The position numbers were made by a program, and so were the translations under genes. The notes under the pieces are model-generated. The model was not told where the DNA came from and did no database searches. It saw only the letters and a program-made list of their open reading frames with translations. From a virus, in IMG/VR virus record IMGVR_UViG_3300029362_000002: a stretch of 64,000 nucleotides of DNA. The stretch is one strand, 5' to 3'. Of this stretch, positions 63,479-64,000 are shown in pieces (position 1 is the stretch's first letter; the number at the start of each line of letters is the position of its first letter).

Positions 63479-63868
63479 TCAGCCGGATAATCTTTTCCCT
63501 TCGTCAACGTATTTCTTTGAGTCCTCGACAGCACGCAAGAAGCCCTTAATTTCTCCCATAAATTCATATTGTTTGCTCATGGGAAGTTCATGGAATAAAT
63601 CCAAAAGTTCTTCGTCCATTGCGGAAAGCTTCGGCTCTTGAACCTCTGGCTGTTCTATGACAGCAGGACGCTCTTGACCGGTCAGGAGATAATCCAGCGA
63701 AACGCAAAGAAAATTTGCAATGGCCGGCATATAGCGAGCCGGAGGATCTTTCTTCCTGGTTTTCCATGTAGACATAGTAGATGTTTGGATATCGAGAACC
63801 TTGCACAATTCTATGGCCGTTTTATCACGCTCTGCGAGTAAATCGGATATGCGTTCAATGATTTCCAT
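63479..63868 (-). CDS. CI-like XRE-family repressor
   Basis: ATG at 63868 follows GGAGGTG. HTH TAIELCKVLDIQTSTMSTWKTRKKDP. Divergent from a rightward promoter. Confidence 0.75.
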   Translation of the reverse strand: MEIIERISDLLAERDKTAIELCKVLDIQTSTMSTWKTRKKDPPARYMPAIANFLCVSLDYLLTGQERPAVIEQPEVQEPKLSAMDEELLDLFHELPMSKQYEFMGEIKGFLRAVEDSKKYVDEGKRLSG

Positions 63869-63914
63869 TAGACACCTCCAAGTGTAAAAATATACGCAAA
63901 TACGAGGTAAAATC

Positions 63915-63943
63915 TTTACAAATACGCAGATTCGTACTATAAT
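63915..63943 (+). promoter_or_regulatory. Rightward early promoter (P_R-like), homologous to P1/P2
   Basis: TTTACA, 17 nt, TATAAT. 28/37 identity to P1/P2 over TTGACAAATACGCA...TATAATATA..CAT. ACGCAGATTCGT in the spacer (63924-63935) and ACGCAAATACGA at 63894-63905. Confidence 0.65.
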
Positions 63944-64000
63944 ATAACCATGAAACAAATTATTATTCGTGGTTGCGAGCCTATGATTTAAAATCTGTTT

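Larger units (their letters stand above)
1..64000. mobile_element. Temperate PBSX-like myovirus genome (phage or prophage), apparently circularly permuted in this window
   Basis: Contiguous same-strand modules: recombination/replication, packaging, head, sheath/tube/TMP/baseplate/fibre, DGR, lysis, accessory operons, then attP-like region, int and repressor on the minus strand. No recognisable host housekeeping genes. Confidence 0.9.

Noticed and set aside
63950-63991. 13-codon ORF (MKQIIIRGCEPMI) starting about 7 nt after the -10 of the rightward promoter as a leaderless cro-like gene
   Set aside because: It is too short and has no HTH. The true first early gene probably lies beyond the window end.

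Overview
The window is almost entirely one temperate, contractile-tailed (PBSX-like) phage or prophage genome of a Firmicutes/Clostridia-type host. Support for the host type: GGAGG ribosome-binding sites, ATGA/TAATG coupled starts, and Cpl-7/LysM cell-wall modules. Nearly all genes are on the + strand. Order: early recombination/replication genes including RecT, a Cas4-like nuclease, a replisome organizer, a G39P-like loader and RusA (1-9.8 kb); a small moron-like island (9.8-11.2 kb); a Dam-like methyltransferase and a ParB-nuclease-domain protein; terminase, portal, head genes (13.5-25.7 kb); sheath, tube, frameshifted chaperone, 1.76k-aa tape measure, baseplate and fibres (26-40.2 kb); a complete diversity-generating retroelement (DGR; target-avd-TR-RT, 40.2-43.3 kb); a lysis cassette (43.5-46.5 kb); an AT-rich control region with an Fst/par-like type I toxin-antitoxin candidate (46.5-47.5 kb); two long operons of about 40 small, mostly unknown genes (47.5-61 kb); and an attP-like region, integrase, PD-(D/E)XK gene and CI-like repressor on the - strand (61-63.9 kb). 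The two accessory operons are each driven by an identical consensus promoter. The most notable signals: (1) the DGR has a second, remote variable region inside a non-structural accessory operon, and that VR carries a 1-nt insertion; (2) both VRs are followed by hairpins whose stems covary; (3) a promoter/operator module related to the repressor-adjacent promoter is triplicated. All family names come from motif recognition by eye. No database search was possible, so product names are hypotheses unless explicit motifs are quoted.
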